Source: Promethearchaeota archaeon (GTDB lineage: Archaea > Asgardarchaeota > Hermodarchaeia > Hermodarchaeales > Hermodarchaeaceae). Taken from it: a stretch of DNA of 64,000 nucleotides. The stretch is taken from the NCBI GenBank assembly GCA_048939245.1, contig JBHLPR010000002.1:1-64000 (forward strand). The letters are read 5' to 3'. Numbering within the stretch: the first letter of the stretch is position 1; every line of letters begins with the position of its first letter. The notes under the pieces were generated by a model. That model saw only the letters and a program-made list of their open reading frames with translations, had not been told where the DNA came from and did not search any database. Of the stretch, positions 19,213 to 28,589 are shown in pieces. Both the position numbers and the translations under genes were made by a program.

Positions 19213-19916
19213 TTACCAGCTTTAAAGAAAGGCGGATTAACATGACACTCGATACGAAAAAAGAGGCAAAACAACGAGTCCTCAAAACCTGTCAGAGCAT
19301 GCAATCAGCTGAGTTAGTGATTGGAAGCTCAGGAAACGCAAGCTATCGACTTGAGGGCACAGATCATGTGGCCATCACTCCAAGCAGCGTTGATTACTCG
19401 TGCATGACTGCAGATGATGTACTAATCATCAACATGGATGGTGAAGTCATTGAAGGGGATAGAAATCCATCGATCGAACATCCATTGCATCTTGCCATCT
19501 ATAAAGCAAGACCTGATGTGAATGCGATTGTTCATACCCATTGTATCTATGCCTCAGCTATGGCTGTACTTCGAGAACCATTACCTCCCATTGTCGATGA
19601 ATTTGTAATCCGTCTTGGGGGGCAGGTCGAAGTGGCGGAATATGGGATGCCAGGAAGTGAAGAATTGGCAAAAAACGTCGTGAAAGCCCTTGGACCCCGA
19701 AATGCGGTGTTTTTAGCAAATCATGGTGCTTTATCTTGTGGTCCTACGCTCGAAATAGCCCTTCACAATTCTCTTCTTCTCGAACGAGTTGCCCACATCT
19801 ATTTATTAGCTTCCGCAGCGACGGGTGGAAAAAAGAAACTGTCAACGATTCCACCGGATGCAATTGAAACTCAAGAACAGATGTTTCAACTCATGAACCG
19901 TATGAAGAAGCGGTGA
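19209..19916 (+). CDS. Class II aldolase (FucA/adducin family)
   Basis: SGNAS, ITPS, PSIEHPLH, VHTH and LANHG motifs. Confidence 0.92.
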   Translation: MITSFKERRINMTLDTKKEAKQRVLKTCQSMQSAELVIGSSGNASYRLEGTDHVAITPSSVDYSCMTADDVLIINMDGEVIEGDRNPSIEHPLHLAIYKARPDVNAIVHTHCIYASAMAVLREPLPPIVDEFVIRLGGQVEVAEYGMPGSEELAKNVVKALGPRNAVFLANHGALSCGPTLEIALHNSLLLERVAHIYLLASAATGGKKKLSTIPPDAIETQEQMFQLMNRMKKR

Positions 19917-21772
19917 GCTTAATGTCGGCTCTACCTGGGTATATGGGAGAAATTCTTCTCGTTGACTTAACCCGGGGAACCACTGAACGAAAACCACTTA
20001 ACAAGGATTATGCGCGTGATTTTATTGGCGGTGCGGGCTATGCGATTCGATTACTCTACACTCGATTAAACATTGAAAACCTGGATCCCTTCAATCCTTC
20101 AAACGAAGTAGCTATCTTCGCTGGTCCACTTACTGCGACCGGAGCCCCGTGTACTGGACGCCATGCTATTTGTACCAAATCTGCGCTTACAGGTATTTGG
20201 GGTGAGTCAACAGCTGGTGGCTATTTCGGTGCTGAACTACGTCATACGGGTCTAGATGGTATTCTAATTACTGGTAGGGCACAATCACATGTCTATCTCA
20301 ATATCTCAGAGACCGAAGCGACTCTTGAGCCTGCTGAACATCTTTGGGGTAAAGACACCTTTACCACAGAAAAAACCATCAAAACCGATACCAATGATCC
20401 AAAAACTCGCATTCTCTCCATTGGTCCAGCCGGCGAAAACCGAGTCCGCTTTGCTGCCATCATGAATGATGAAGGGCGAGCCAGTGCTCGTGCAGGCGCA
20501 GGGGCGGTTCTTGGAGCCAAGCATTTGAAAGCTATTGCCGTTCGAGGAACACAAAAACCAGAACTAGCTGACCCAACCACATTTCGAGTGCATGTCAAAA
20601 CGGCAAACCAATTACTGCAAGGACTTTCCCCGATTCTAGGAGATAATGGAACACTTTACAGTGCCGACATGTTGATGAATCTCTTTAATGATATGCCGAT
20701 TCGCTATTTCTCCGAATCATCCATGGACATTTCAAAAATCAATGCGTCTGCTTTGAACCAGTATCGAAGCGGTCAATTCCGTTGCCATGCTTGTCCGATT
20801 GGATGCGGACCAATCATCACCGTTGAAGAGGAGAATGTAAAACTCAAAGATGTTGCTGGTCCCGAATATGAAACCGTCGGTGCCTTTGGCTCACTCTGCC
20901 AAGTCGATAATCTTCCGATTCTTTGCCAAGCAAATCACCTTTGTAACTTATACGGATTAGACACCATCTCTTGCGGTAACACAATCGCCTTTGCCTTCGC
21001 AGCAAATGAAGCCAAAAAACTCCCGAAGAAACTGCTCGGTTCTCTGAAACTCCAGTTTGGAAATGGCGAGACCCTTCTACAGCTTATTGAGATGATAGTT
21101 CAACGCCAAGGTTTAGGTGATCTCCTTGCAGAAGGAGTGAAACGAGTGGCTGATAGGTTTGGTATACAAGATATGGCATTTCATGTTAAAGGGCTTGAAA
21201 TCCCAATGCATGACCCCCGTGCATTCTTTGGCTTAGCTACCGCTTATGCTGTTTCCCCAATTGGGGCCTCTCATATGCAGGGCGATGTGCCTACAATTGA
21301 AATGGGTGTTGCAATTCCCGAATATGGTATTGAACCGGGAGACCGCCATTCCGACCAAAATCAAGGGATGAAGGTTGCCACGCTTCGGAACTGGCGGACG
21401 CTTTTTAATTCACTGCCCCTTTGTCAACTTACTCTTCTTGAACCTCTTCTTGTTACACAGCTCTATAATGCCGCAACGGGGCTTACTCTTACTCCGATAC
21501 AGCTCCTTGAGATTGGTGAACGTTCAATGAATCTGAAACGAGCTTTCAATATTCGGTGTGGAATCACTGCAAAAGACGATTGTCTTCCCCCAGGGCTACT
21601 GAAACCACTTCCTACAGGACTAAATGAAGGGAAGGTCCCTAATGTAGAACGCCAACTCCATGATTTTTATGAAGCAAGTCATTGGGACCCCAAGACAGGT
21701 AAACCAACTCGGGATACTTTAATGCGCCTTAGGCTGGTTGAGGTTGCTAGCGATCTATGGTCCAGCTCCTAA
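19913..21772 (+). CDS. aor: Tungsten aldehyde:ferredoxin oxidoreductase family protein
   Basis: GESTAGG, SIGPAGEN, CHACPIGC, GPEYET, GLDTISCG, VKGLE..HDPR and LCQL motifs. Confidence 0.93.
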   Translation: MSLMSALPGYMGEILLVDLTRGTTERKPLNKDYARDFIGGAGYAIRLLYTRLNIENLDPFNPSNEVAIFAGPLTATGAPCTGRHAICTKSALTGIWGESTAGGYFGAELRHTGLDGILITGRAQSHVYLNISETEATLEPAEHLWGKDTFTTEKTIKTDTNDPKTRILSIGPAGENRVRFAAIMNDEGRASARAGAGAVLGAKHLKAIAVRGTQKPELADPTTFRVHVKTANQLLQGLSPILGDNGTLYSADMLMNLFNDMPIRYFSESSMDISKINASALNQYRSGQFRCHACPIGCGPIITVEEENVKLKDVAGPEYETVGAFGSLCQVDNLPILCQANHLCNLYGLDTISCGNTIAFAFAANEAKKLPKKLLGSLKLQFGNGETLLQLIEMIVQRQGLGDLLAEGVKRVADRFGIQDMAFHVKGLEIPMHDPRAFFGLATAYAVSPIGASHMQGDVPTIEMGVAIPEYGIEPGDRHSDQNQGMKVATLRNWRTLFNSLPLCQLTLLEPLLVTQLYNAATGLTLTPIQLLEIGERSMNLKRAFNIRCGITAKDDCLPPGLLKPLPTGLNEGKVPNVERQLHDFYEASHWDPKTGKPTRDTLMRLRLVEVASDLWSSS

Positions 21773-21898
21773 TGAGATTGTATCTGGCTCTGAATCGTTC
21801 GATGGTTGTAGTTCGTTTTTTCTCTGTATTTGCGGAAGGCTTTAATTCTGTGACACTGGCACCCTCGATGACTGGTTTCAAGACAAGCAGGGTTACAC

Positions 21899-23320
21899 AT
21901 GACACCAAAGAAACAAAAAGAAGACCGGCCTCGTCCTTGGCTAATCGAGCCGCCTGAGATGCCACATCAGGATCCAAAGAAACGAATTCAGAACTTTGAT
22001 GAAGTCAATCTGGGTTATACCGAATCCCAAGTTCTTCAAGAAGCGGAAAGATGTATGGCTTGTAAGAATCCTAAATGTGTTAGTGGCTGTCCTGTTGAAA
22101 TCGAAATTGGTCGCTTCCTAGAAGCGGTTCGGGAGAAGGACTATCGCAGAGCAATCAATATTATCAAAGAGAAAAATAGTCTTCCCGCAATTTGTGGTCG
22201 GGTCTGCCCCCAAGAAGTCCAATGTCAAGCAGGGTGTATTTTGAGCAAAAAAGGCAATCCCATTGAAATTGGGCGTGTTGAACGATTTCTAGCGGATTGG
22301 GAACGCGAACATGGAGTGCAAGTCCCCAAGCTTCCTAAATCGACTGGTCGCAAAGTTGCAATTGTGGGGAGTGGTCCAGCAGGACTTACTGCGGCAGGAG
22401 ATCTTGCGCTGCTGGGACTTAACGTGACAGTGTTTGAAAGTCTGCATGAACCTGGAGGTGTGCTAGTGTATGGTATCCCTGAGTTTCGCCTCCCCAAAGC
22501 TATCGTCAAAGCGGAGGTTGACTACCTGAAAAAAATCGGTGTCGACTTCCGATTGAACGCCTTTATCGGACAATTATATGCCTTCGATGATCTCTTCGAG
22601 CAGGGCTTTGACGCCATTCTCCTTGCTTCAGGTGCGGGTCTCCCACGATTCCTTCGGATTCCCGGAGTTAATCTCGTAGGAAGCTACAGTAGCAACGAAT
22701 TCCTGACCCGGGTCAATCTTATGCGTGCTTACCAATTCCCTGATTATGACACACCCATTATTCATGGCAAAGTTGTTGCAGTGATAGGTGGTGGCAATGC
22801 TGCTATGGATAGTGCCCGTACCGCACTCCGTTTGGGTGCAACGAAGGTATATATTGTATACCGTCGGTCGGAAAACGAAATGCCGGTTCGGCGTGAAGAG
22901 TATTATCATGCCCAAGAAGAAGGAGTGGACTTCCAATTCCTCACCCAGCCCATCGAGTTGATTGGAGACGATCAAGGTCGAATCAAAGTTATGCGTTGTC
23001 TCCGCAATTGCCTTGGAGAACCCGATGAAAGTGGACGTTGTCGTCCCGAACCCATTGAAGGTTCAGAGTTTGAAATGTCAGTGGATACGGTGATATTTGC
23101 TATTGGTGCGAGCGCAAATCCTTCTGTGCCCAGTTGTACACCAGGGTTAGACTGTGATCGGTGGGGCGATGTCATCGTTGACCCCGAAACCCTCGAAACC
23201 TCAATAGCGCACGTCTGGGCTGCTGGTGATATCACAGGTGGCGAAGGCACCGTCATTGCAGCTGCTGGGGAAGGAAAACGGGCTGCTCGAAACATCCACC
23301 AATATCTTCTCACTAAATAA
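21899..23320 (+). CDS. nfnB: NfnB/SudA large subunit (GltD-like NADPH oxidoreductase)
   Basis: RCMACKNPKCVSGCPV, CGRVCPQEVQC, GSGPAG, YGIPEFRLPK and GGGNAAMD motifs. Confidence 0.93.
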   Translation: MTPKKQKEDRPRPWLIEPPEMPHQDPKKRIQNFDEVNLGYTESQVLQEAERCMACKNPKCVSGCPVEIEIGRFLEAVREKDYRRAINIIKEKNSLPAICGRVCPQEVQCQAGCILSKKGNPIEIGRVERFLADWEREHGVQVPKLPKSTGRKVAIVGSGPAGLTAAGDLALLGLNVTVFESLHEPGGVLVYGIPEFRLPKAIVKAEVDYLKKIGVDFRLNAFIGQLYAFDDLFEQGFDAILLASGAGLPRFLRIPGVNLVGSYSSNEFLTRVNLMRAYQFPDYDTPIIHGKVVAVIGGGNAAMDSARTALRLGATKVYIVYRRSENEMPVRREEYYHAQEEGVDFQFLTQPIELIGDDQGRIKVMRCLRNCLGEPDESGRCRPEPIEGSEFEMSVDTVIFAIGASANPSVPSCTPGLDCDRWGDVIVDPETLETSIAHVWAAGDITGGEGTVIAAAGEGKRAARNIHQYLLTK

Positions 23321-23381
23321 TGACCGTTTGGTAATTGTGGTCTGACGAAAGATATTTATTGAATTGCTCTTGCTAAGGTTT

Positions 23382-23406
23382 TTAAGTGTGCCTAAATTTA
23401 AGGCAC
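23382..23406 (+). promoter_or_regulatory. Palindromic operator (DtxR/MntR-like) overlapping the TATA box of the MgtE pair
   Basis: TTAAG-TGTG-CCTAA (23382-23395) and GTGCCT-N7-AGGCAC (23388-23406), adjacent to TTTTTAAG. Confidence 0.4.
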
Positions 23407-23499
23407 GTAATACAAAGCTCCAAAAGGGTGACCAACCAATGACTGACTGCATACGACCTGCTCAACGACGAGCCACACTGACCCCTACGAGCCCGCAAG

Positions 23500-24138
23500 G
23501 TGATGATGATGGGGATGGCCAACGGCCGCTCACACGAGCGTTCACTAATTTGGCGGGTATACCGCGAAGCGATGCCTGTCTTACTCTTTACAGTCCTAGC
23601 GGAGCTACTTGCAGGCGCTCTCCTTCTTCAACTTGACATCGCATTCCACAGCCTCATAGGCGTATTTATCCTCATCCCCGGTCTTATGCAATTACGTGGA
23701 AATATCTCTACCAGCCTTGCCCAGCGCCTAGGATCAGGAACGCATCTGGGAACCATATCATGGAAACAAGGGCTCAATGAGCCTCTCCAGGCTAACATCA
23801 AAGCCGCATTCTTTCTAGTCATCATTATGTCAACAGCACTAGGAATCGGGGCATGGGTAGTTGCATTTTTACTTCAGCTCATTACTCCACAAACTGGCCT
23901 TACTCTTCAATTGCCACATTTTCTCGCCGTTGCATTAATCACTGCACTGCTAGCTAGTGTATTTCAAGTAACAATTACTGTCACCGTATCGTTATTTTCC
24001 CATGCTCGGGGTCTTGATCCGGATAATATCACTATTCCTCTAGTTGCGGCACTTGGGGACATCATCACTATCGGGTGCCTAATTATCGCTATTCAAGTGG
24101 CATTAGCGTTCATTCCGTTAATTCCTGTCATCCTATGA
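23500..24138 (+). CDS. MgtE/SLC41-type divalent cation transporter, integral membrane half 1
   Basis: IPGLMQLRGNI and GLDPDNITIPLVAALGD motifs. Confidence 0.88.
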   Translation: MMMMGMANGRSHERSLIWRVYREAMPVLLFTVLAELLAGALLLQLDIAFHSLIGVFILIPGLMQLRGNISTSLAQRLGSGTHLGTISWKQGLNEPLQANIKAAFFLVIIMSTALGIGAWVVAFLLQLITPQTGLTLQLPHFLAVALITALLASVFQVTITVTVSLFSHARGLDPDNITIPLVAALGDIITIGCLIIAIQVALAFIPLIPVIL

Positions 24139-24142
24139 CGAG

Positions 24143-24748
24143 GTGAAGACTATGGTTGAATACACTGTGAGAAAAATTCTCATCGAGAGCCTCCCTGTGC
24201 TCCTCGTAGTCTTAGTCTTTGCCTTGGCTGCCGGACAATTCCTGGACACCACCCTTGAAGGGCTCAAGACTATCTTCCCTCTAATCCTTCTCATGGTTCC
24301 TGCATTCATCGATATTACAGGTGATCTTGCCGGTGTCGTTGGTGCTCGAATCACCAGCCACCTATATACTGGTGAACTTGACAAAGGCTTTCGACCCTAC
24401 CGACTTCTCCTCTCCAATCTGATAGCTATACTCCTCGTCTCTATGACAGCCTATGCATTCTTAGGTGTTTGTGTAATTGCTATCACTCTCGGGTTCGAAC
24501 CAATAATCGGACCAATTTTTCCCATCACCGGCTTTCCGCACCTTTTCATTGCTATTCTGCTAGCAGGTATTTTAGCTACCGCGTTAACAAGCTTGATTGG
24601 CTTATTGGCTGCCAGGGTCGTTTATCGTTCAGGACGGGATCCTGATAGCATTATCCCTCCCTTAACCACAACGGTAGGTGACCTACTTGGAATTGTTTTT
24701 GTAGCTTTGGCAATCCTTACAACAGGGATTTTCCTTGGGCTTGTATAG
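24143..24748 (+). CDS. MgtE/SLC41-type divalent cation transporter, integral membrane half 2
   Basis: VPAFIDITGDL and GRDPDSIIPPLTTTVGD motifs. Confidence 0.88.
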   Translation: MKTMVEYTVRKILIESLPVLLVVLVFALAAGQFLDTTLEGLKTIFPLILLMVPAFIDITGDLAGVVGARITSHLYTGELDKGFRPYRLLLSNLIAILLVSMTAYAFLGVCVIAITLGFEPIIGPIFPITGFPHLFIAILLAGILATALTSLIGLLAARVVYRSGRDPDSIIPPLTTTVGDLLGIVFVALAILTTGIFLGLV

Positions 24749-24819
24749 AATCAAGAGGTAAAAAAGGGGAAAGGGAAGAACGTTTAGTAGCTCTTCGGTT
24801 TTTCGACCATTTGCTCTTT

Positions 24820-26058
24820 TTAAACGCTCTTCCAGCCTGGAGCACGTTTCCAGATGTAGACGTGAATTAACATCGCCCAAAGCAACCAAAGTAACCAATT
24901 GACAGGATTGAATACGCCAGTAAGGAGGAAATCTCCTAGTAGAATTGGTGAGATGAAGAAGTAAAGGAAGAGGCTAATGACTCCGAAGATGATGACAAGG
25001 ATAGTACGAATTATGATGTTCATAATAGTACTGTAGTGGTTTGGCCAGTTGCCAAAATAATGTGTCCAGATGAAGATATTCACTATGATGAATACCGCAA
25101 TCCACGCTGAGTACCCGTGCATCGCTGCAAATCCCATTGTTACTAATATTCCCGCAAGCAAAAAGGGCATAATCACGAATGCAAAGAGAGCACCAAGGAG
25201 AGTGCAACCAATTAGTGCTGCTAAACCGATCCACGGTTGTTTCTTTAGGGCTTTCCATGGTTGATATTCCCACGTCATGAGCGTAAGCAATCCGAATAAG
25301 ATGATCCACTGGGTAAACGCTAATGATAGATATGCGCCACCATTGTTTACTTCGCCTGCAATTGGGTCGTATGCCCAGAAAGGCCAAGCAGTCCAAATTG
25401 TCCAATCAACAGTAGTGGTAGCAGGGGGAAGTGAGGTTGCGATTTGAAAAGGCCAGTAAAGGATGAGCCAGGTCGCAGTTGTGAGCACCACTCCCATCAG
25501 CATAACGACGAAGCCACGCTTGGGTTGCTCTAACTCTGTGAAGGGCCAATAGATACCTCCAGCTGCCCAAATGGATGCAAAACTGAAACCGCACGAGAGG
25601 ATTGTACCGATTGCTGCTGATGACAGAAAGAGTGCCAGCCACCAGTTACCTCCAATCGAAGAGACGTTCATGAGAGCAAAGGGGCTAAACATTGGAATCA
25701 TGTATGGACCAACAATAAACCAGAACACCAGGATTATCATTGCAATACCGAAGATATTGAGTAAAGTACCGACGATTCCCTGAGTGACCAAGCTTTTCAT
25801 CTTGGACGATAGGTAGTGTTCAAACCAGATTTGGAGGACAACAACTAGGATTCCCCATCCAGCTATAGCTGATCCTAAAAATAGCCAGCCAGACCAATAG
25901 AAGAGAGAGAATCTCCAGTCCATGAAGATATACCAGAAAACAAGGGCCACTATGAAGACAATGATGAAATTAACCAAACCTGAAACAATCCAGTTCCACC
26001 GACGCTTCGTGATAACCGGACGCCACATCTGATTTTCTAACGGTTTTTCTTCTGACAT
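24820..26058 (-). CDS. Polytopic Trp-rich membrane protein with internal repeats (possible transporter)
   Basis: About 10-12 TM segments; recurrent W/F-x-x-W/Q-P-F/W...L-x-Q-P-x-x-G loops. Confidence 0.7.
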   Translation of the reverse strand: MSEEKPLENQMWRPVITKRRWNWIVSGLVNFIIVFIVALVFWYIFMDWRFSLFYWSGWLFLGSAIAGWGILVVVLQIWFEHYLSSKMKSLVTQGIVGTLLNIFGIAMIILVFWFIVGPYMIPMFSPFALMNVSSIGGNWWLALFLSSAAIGTILSCGFSFASIWAAGGIYWPFTELEQPKRGFVVMLMGVVLTTATWLILYWPFQIATSLPPATTTVDWTIWTAWPFWAYDPIAGEVNNGGAYLSLAFTQWIILFGLLTLMTWEYQPWKALKKQPWIGLAALIGCTLLGALFAFVIMPFLLAGILVTMGFAAMHGYSAWIAVFIIVNIFIWTHYFGNWPNHYSTIMNIIIRTILVIIFGVISLFLYFFISPILLGDFLLTGVFNPVNWLLWLLWAMLIHVYIWKRAPGWKSV

Positions 26059-26168
26059 TTTGTCAACACCAGTTGACGTTTTGGCGTTTCATATATCGCA
26101 CAGTCAAGATATTTAAACATGAATAGGTGAAATTTTCACTATCCAATTCTTCTTAAGAGGCTCCAGAA

Positions 26169-26948
26169 ATGCCAGAAGTCGAAATATGTGAAGAAGTGAC
26201 ACTCTATTATGAAGAAAATGGTGACGGTTTCCCACTCCTCCTTATCCATGGACAATTGAGCGACCTAACAAGCTGGCGATACCAGATTACCCCTTTTGCC
26301 AAGCATTATAGAGTAATCGCAGTTGACTTAAAGGGTTTTGGCAAATCCACAAAACCCCGAAAAGAATATCCAGTCCATTCTCACGCAGATGACCTCAAGA
26401 CATTACTTGACCATCTCAATATCACTCAGACACATGTTTGTGGGCTCTCAATGGGTGGGATGGTAGCTGAAGTATTGACCATAAAATATCCTCAGCTTGT
26501 CAAGGGACTGGTTCTAGCTGATTCTGCAGCGATGATTGCGGATTACGCTGTGAGCGATCGCCTCACACTCATGGATGATCACGATATGAACTGGTTTGCT
26601 GACTGGGGAACAAAGAAAATTCTTCGACTGGCATCGGATGAAGCGAAAAATCATGTACGAGAAATGATACGACGAGTTGACAAAACAGACTATCGTTTAG
26701 CCATTCTCTCAACAGCTGGATTCAACATCGCAAATGCATTAAAGACTATCAGCACGCCAACTCTGATCATCCAAGGTGAGAAGGATGAAACAGTACCGAT
26801 GTGGCACGCTGAACAATTAAAAAGTTGGATACCAGACGCGAAATTCATCGTGATGAAAGGCGCATCACACATGACCCCGGTAGATAATCCTGAGGAATTC
26901 AACCAACTCGTACTAGACTTCTTAGCAGAAGTTGATAGTAATAACTGA
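26169..26948 (+). CDS. Alpha/beta-fold hydrolase
   Basis: LIHG, DLKGFGKS, GLSMGG nucleophile elbow, GEKD and ASH motifs. Confidence 0.93.
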   Translation: MPEVEICEEVTLYYEENGDGFPLLLIHGQLSDLTSWRYQITPFAKHYRVIAVDLKGFGKSTKPRKEYPVHSHADDLKTLLDHLNITQTHVCGLSMGGMVAEVLTIKYPQLVKGLVLADSAAMIADYAVSDRLTLMDDHDMNWFADWGTKKILRLASDEAKNHVREMIRRVDKTDYRLAILSTAGFNIANALKTISTPTLIIQGEKDETVPMWHAEQLKSWIPDAKFIVMKGASHMTPVDNPEEFNQLVLDFLAEVDSNN

Positions 26949-26983
26949 AGATTAAATGTGTAGTTATTCTTATGTGAACAACA

Positions 26984-28546
26984 ATGATGAATATTTCACC
27001 ACCTGAAGATTGGGAATGGATCGGTGACTGGCTCGGACGTCGCGCAACTCTCACTCCAGACCGTGAAGCCCTCTTTGATGTTACTACCAACAGCCGTTAT
27101 ACATATACCGAGTTAAATCAACGGGGCAACCAACTCGCCAACCTGCTCTCCCAACAATATGAAATCAAGAAGGGAGACCGTGTTGCTTTTCTACTCAACA
27201 ATCGTCTCGAATGCATCGATGCATTCGCTGCCTGCGGAAAACTTGGAGCCATTCTAGTCCCTCTCAACGTCCGGCTTGCAGCCGTCGAACACCAAGAATA
27301 TATCAACAATGTGACTCCCAAAGTGCTCATCTTCGAGAAAATTTTCGATGAAGTCATCAGCGAATTTCACCCCAATACCCCCAGCCTTTCTGATCTCCTC
27401 GCCGTTGATAAAACCTCTATACCTAAGATTCACTCCTATCTCCAACACCTCAAGAAACAATCAACAAGCCCGCCCCAAAGACCAACTATGCACTTTGAAG
27501 ATCCCTGTTTTATCCTCCCCACCGGAGGAACCACCGGCCTCCCCAAAGGCGCCATTATCTCACATCGCCACGTCTTCTGGAATTCGGTGAATACCATCAT
27601 CAACTGGGGACTTGGCCCAACCGATGTCTGCCCCATAATCTTCCCCCTTTTTCATACCGGTGGCTGGAACGTCCTCCTCATTCCCCTCTTCCATGTGGGT
27701 GCTCGTGTTTTACTCTGGCAAAAATTTGATGCACTCGATACCCTCCAACGAATCGAGAAAGAAGGCTGCACCATCGTTATTGGTGTCCCTACTATGTATC
27801 ATCTCATGATTAACACCCCCGCATTTGCTACTACTGACTTCAGTTCAGTACGCTTCTGGCTCAGCGGCGGGGCTCCATGCCCTGTATCCATTATGGAAGC
27901 CTTCTGGGACTGTGGCCAAGAATTCGCCATGGGGTACGGTCTCACTGAAGTTGGACCCAACAACTTCTACATGCCACCAGGCGCCTCAAAAACTAAACCC
28001 ACCGCAGTCGGATTACCCTTCTTCCACAATGAACTACGCGTAGTAAATGATGACCTTGAAGACGTGCCACAAGAACAAGTGGGAGAACTTCTTCTCCGGG
28101 GACCTCACGCCTTCAGCGGCTATTGGAACAACCTTCAAGCCACACAAGACACAATTGAACCTGATGGATGGGTTCACACAGGAGATCTGGTTCGTCAAGA
28201 CCAAGATGGCTTTTATTATATCGCTGGACGTAAGAAGGAATTATTCATTTCAGGTGGCGAGAATGTTTTCCCAATTGAAATTGAACGGGTATTAGATGAG
28301 CACCCCGCAATTGATCAAGCTGCTGTGGTCGGAATGCCTGATAAAAAATGGGGTGAAGTAGGTTGTGCCTTTATTGTTCTGGAGAAAGGCAAACAAGTAT
28401 TAGAAAGTGAGTTGACTGAATTTATGCGGTCCAAACTTGCTCGGTATAAAATACCAAAACGAATAATCTTCGTTGATGAATTGCCTACAACGAGTGCAGG
28501 TAAAATTGATAAACGGAAATTAGAGGACCAGGCGAGGAATTTATAG
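26984..28546 (+). CDS. Acyl-CoA synthetase (long-chain/MenE-like, AMP-forming)
   Basis: TGGTTGLPKG, GYGLTE, HTGDL, SGGENVFP and GKIDK motifs. Confidence 0.94.
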   Translation: MMNISPPEDWEWIGDWLGRRATLTPDREALFDVTTNSRYTYTELNQRGNQLANLLSQQYEIKKGDRVAFLLNNRLECIDAFAACGKLGAILVPLNVRLAAVEHQEYINNVTPKVLIFEKIFDEVISEFHPNTPSLSDLLAVDKTSIPKIHSYLQHLKKQSTSPPQRPTMHFEDPCFILPTGGTTGLPKGAIISHRHVFWNSVNTIINWGLGPTDVCPIIFPLFHTGGWNVLLIPLFHVGARVLLWQKFDALDTLQRIEKEGCTIVIGVPTMYHLMINTPAFATTDFSSVRFWLSGGAPCPVSIMEAFWDCGQEFAMGYGLTEVGPNNFYMPPGASKTKPTAVGLPFFHNELRVVNDDLEDVPQEQVGELLLRGPHAFSGYWNNLQATQDTIEPDGWVHTGDLVRQDQDGFYYIAGRKKELFISGGENVFPIEIERVLDEHPAIDQAAVVGMPDKKWGEVGCAFIVLEKGKQVLESELTEFMRSKLARYKIPKRIIFVDELPTTSAGKIDKRKLEDQARNL

Positions 28547-28589
28547 AATTGTGGAGCAGGTGGAACAATGCGCGGTGAATTGATGGTGT

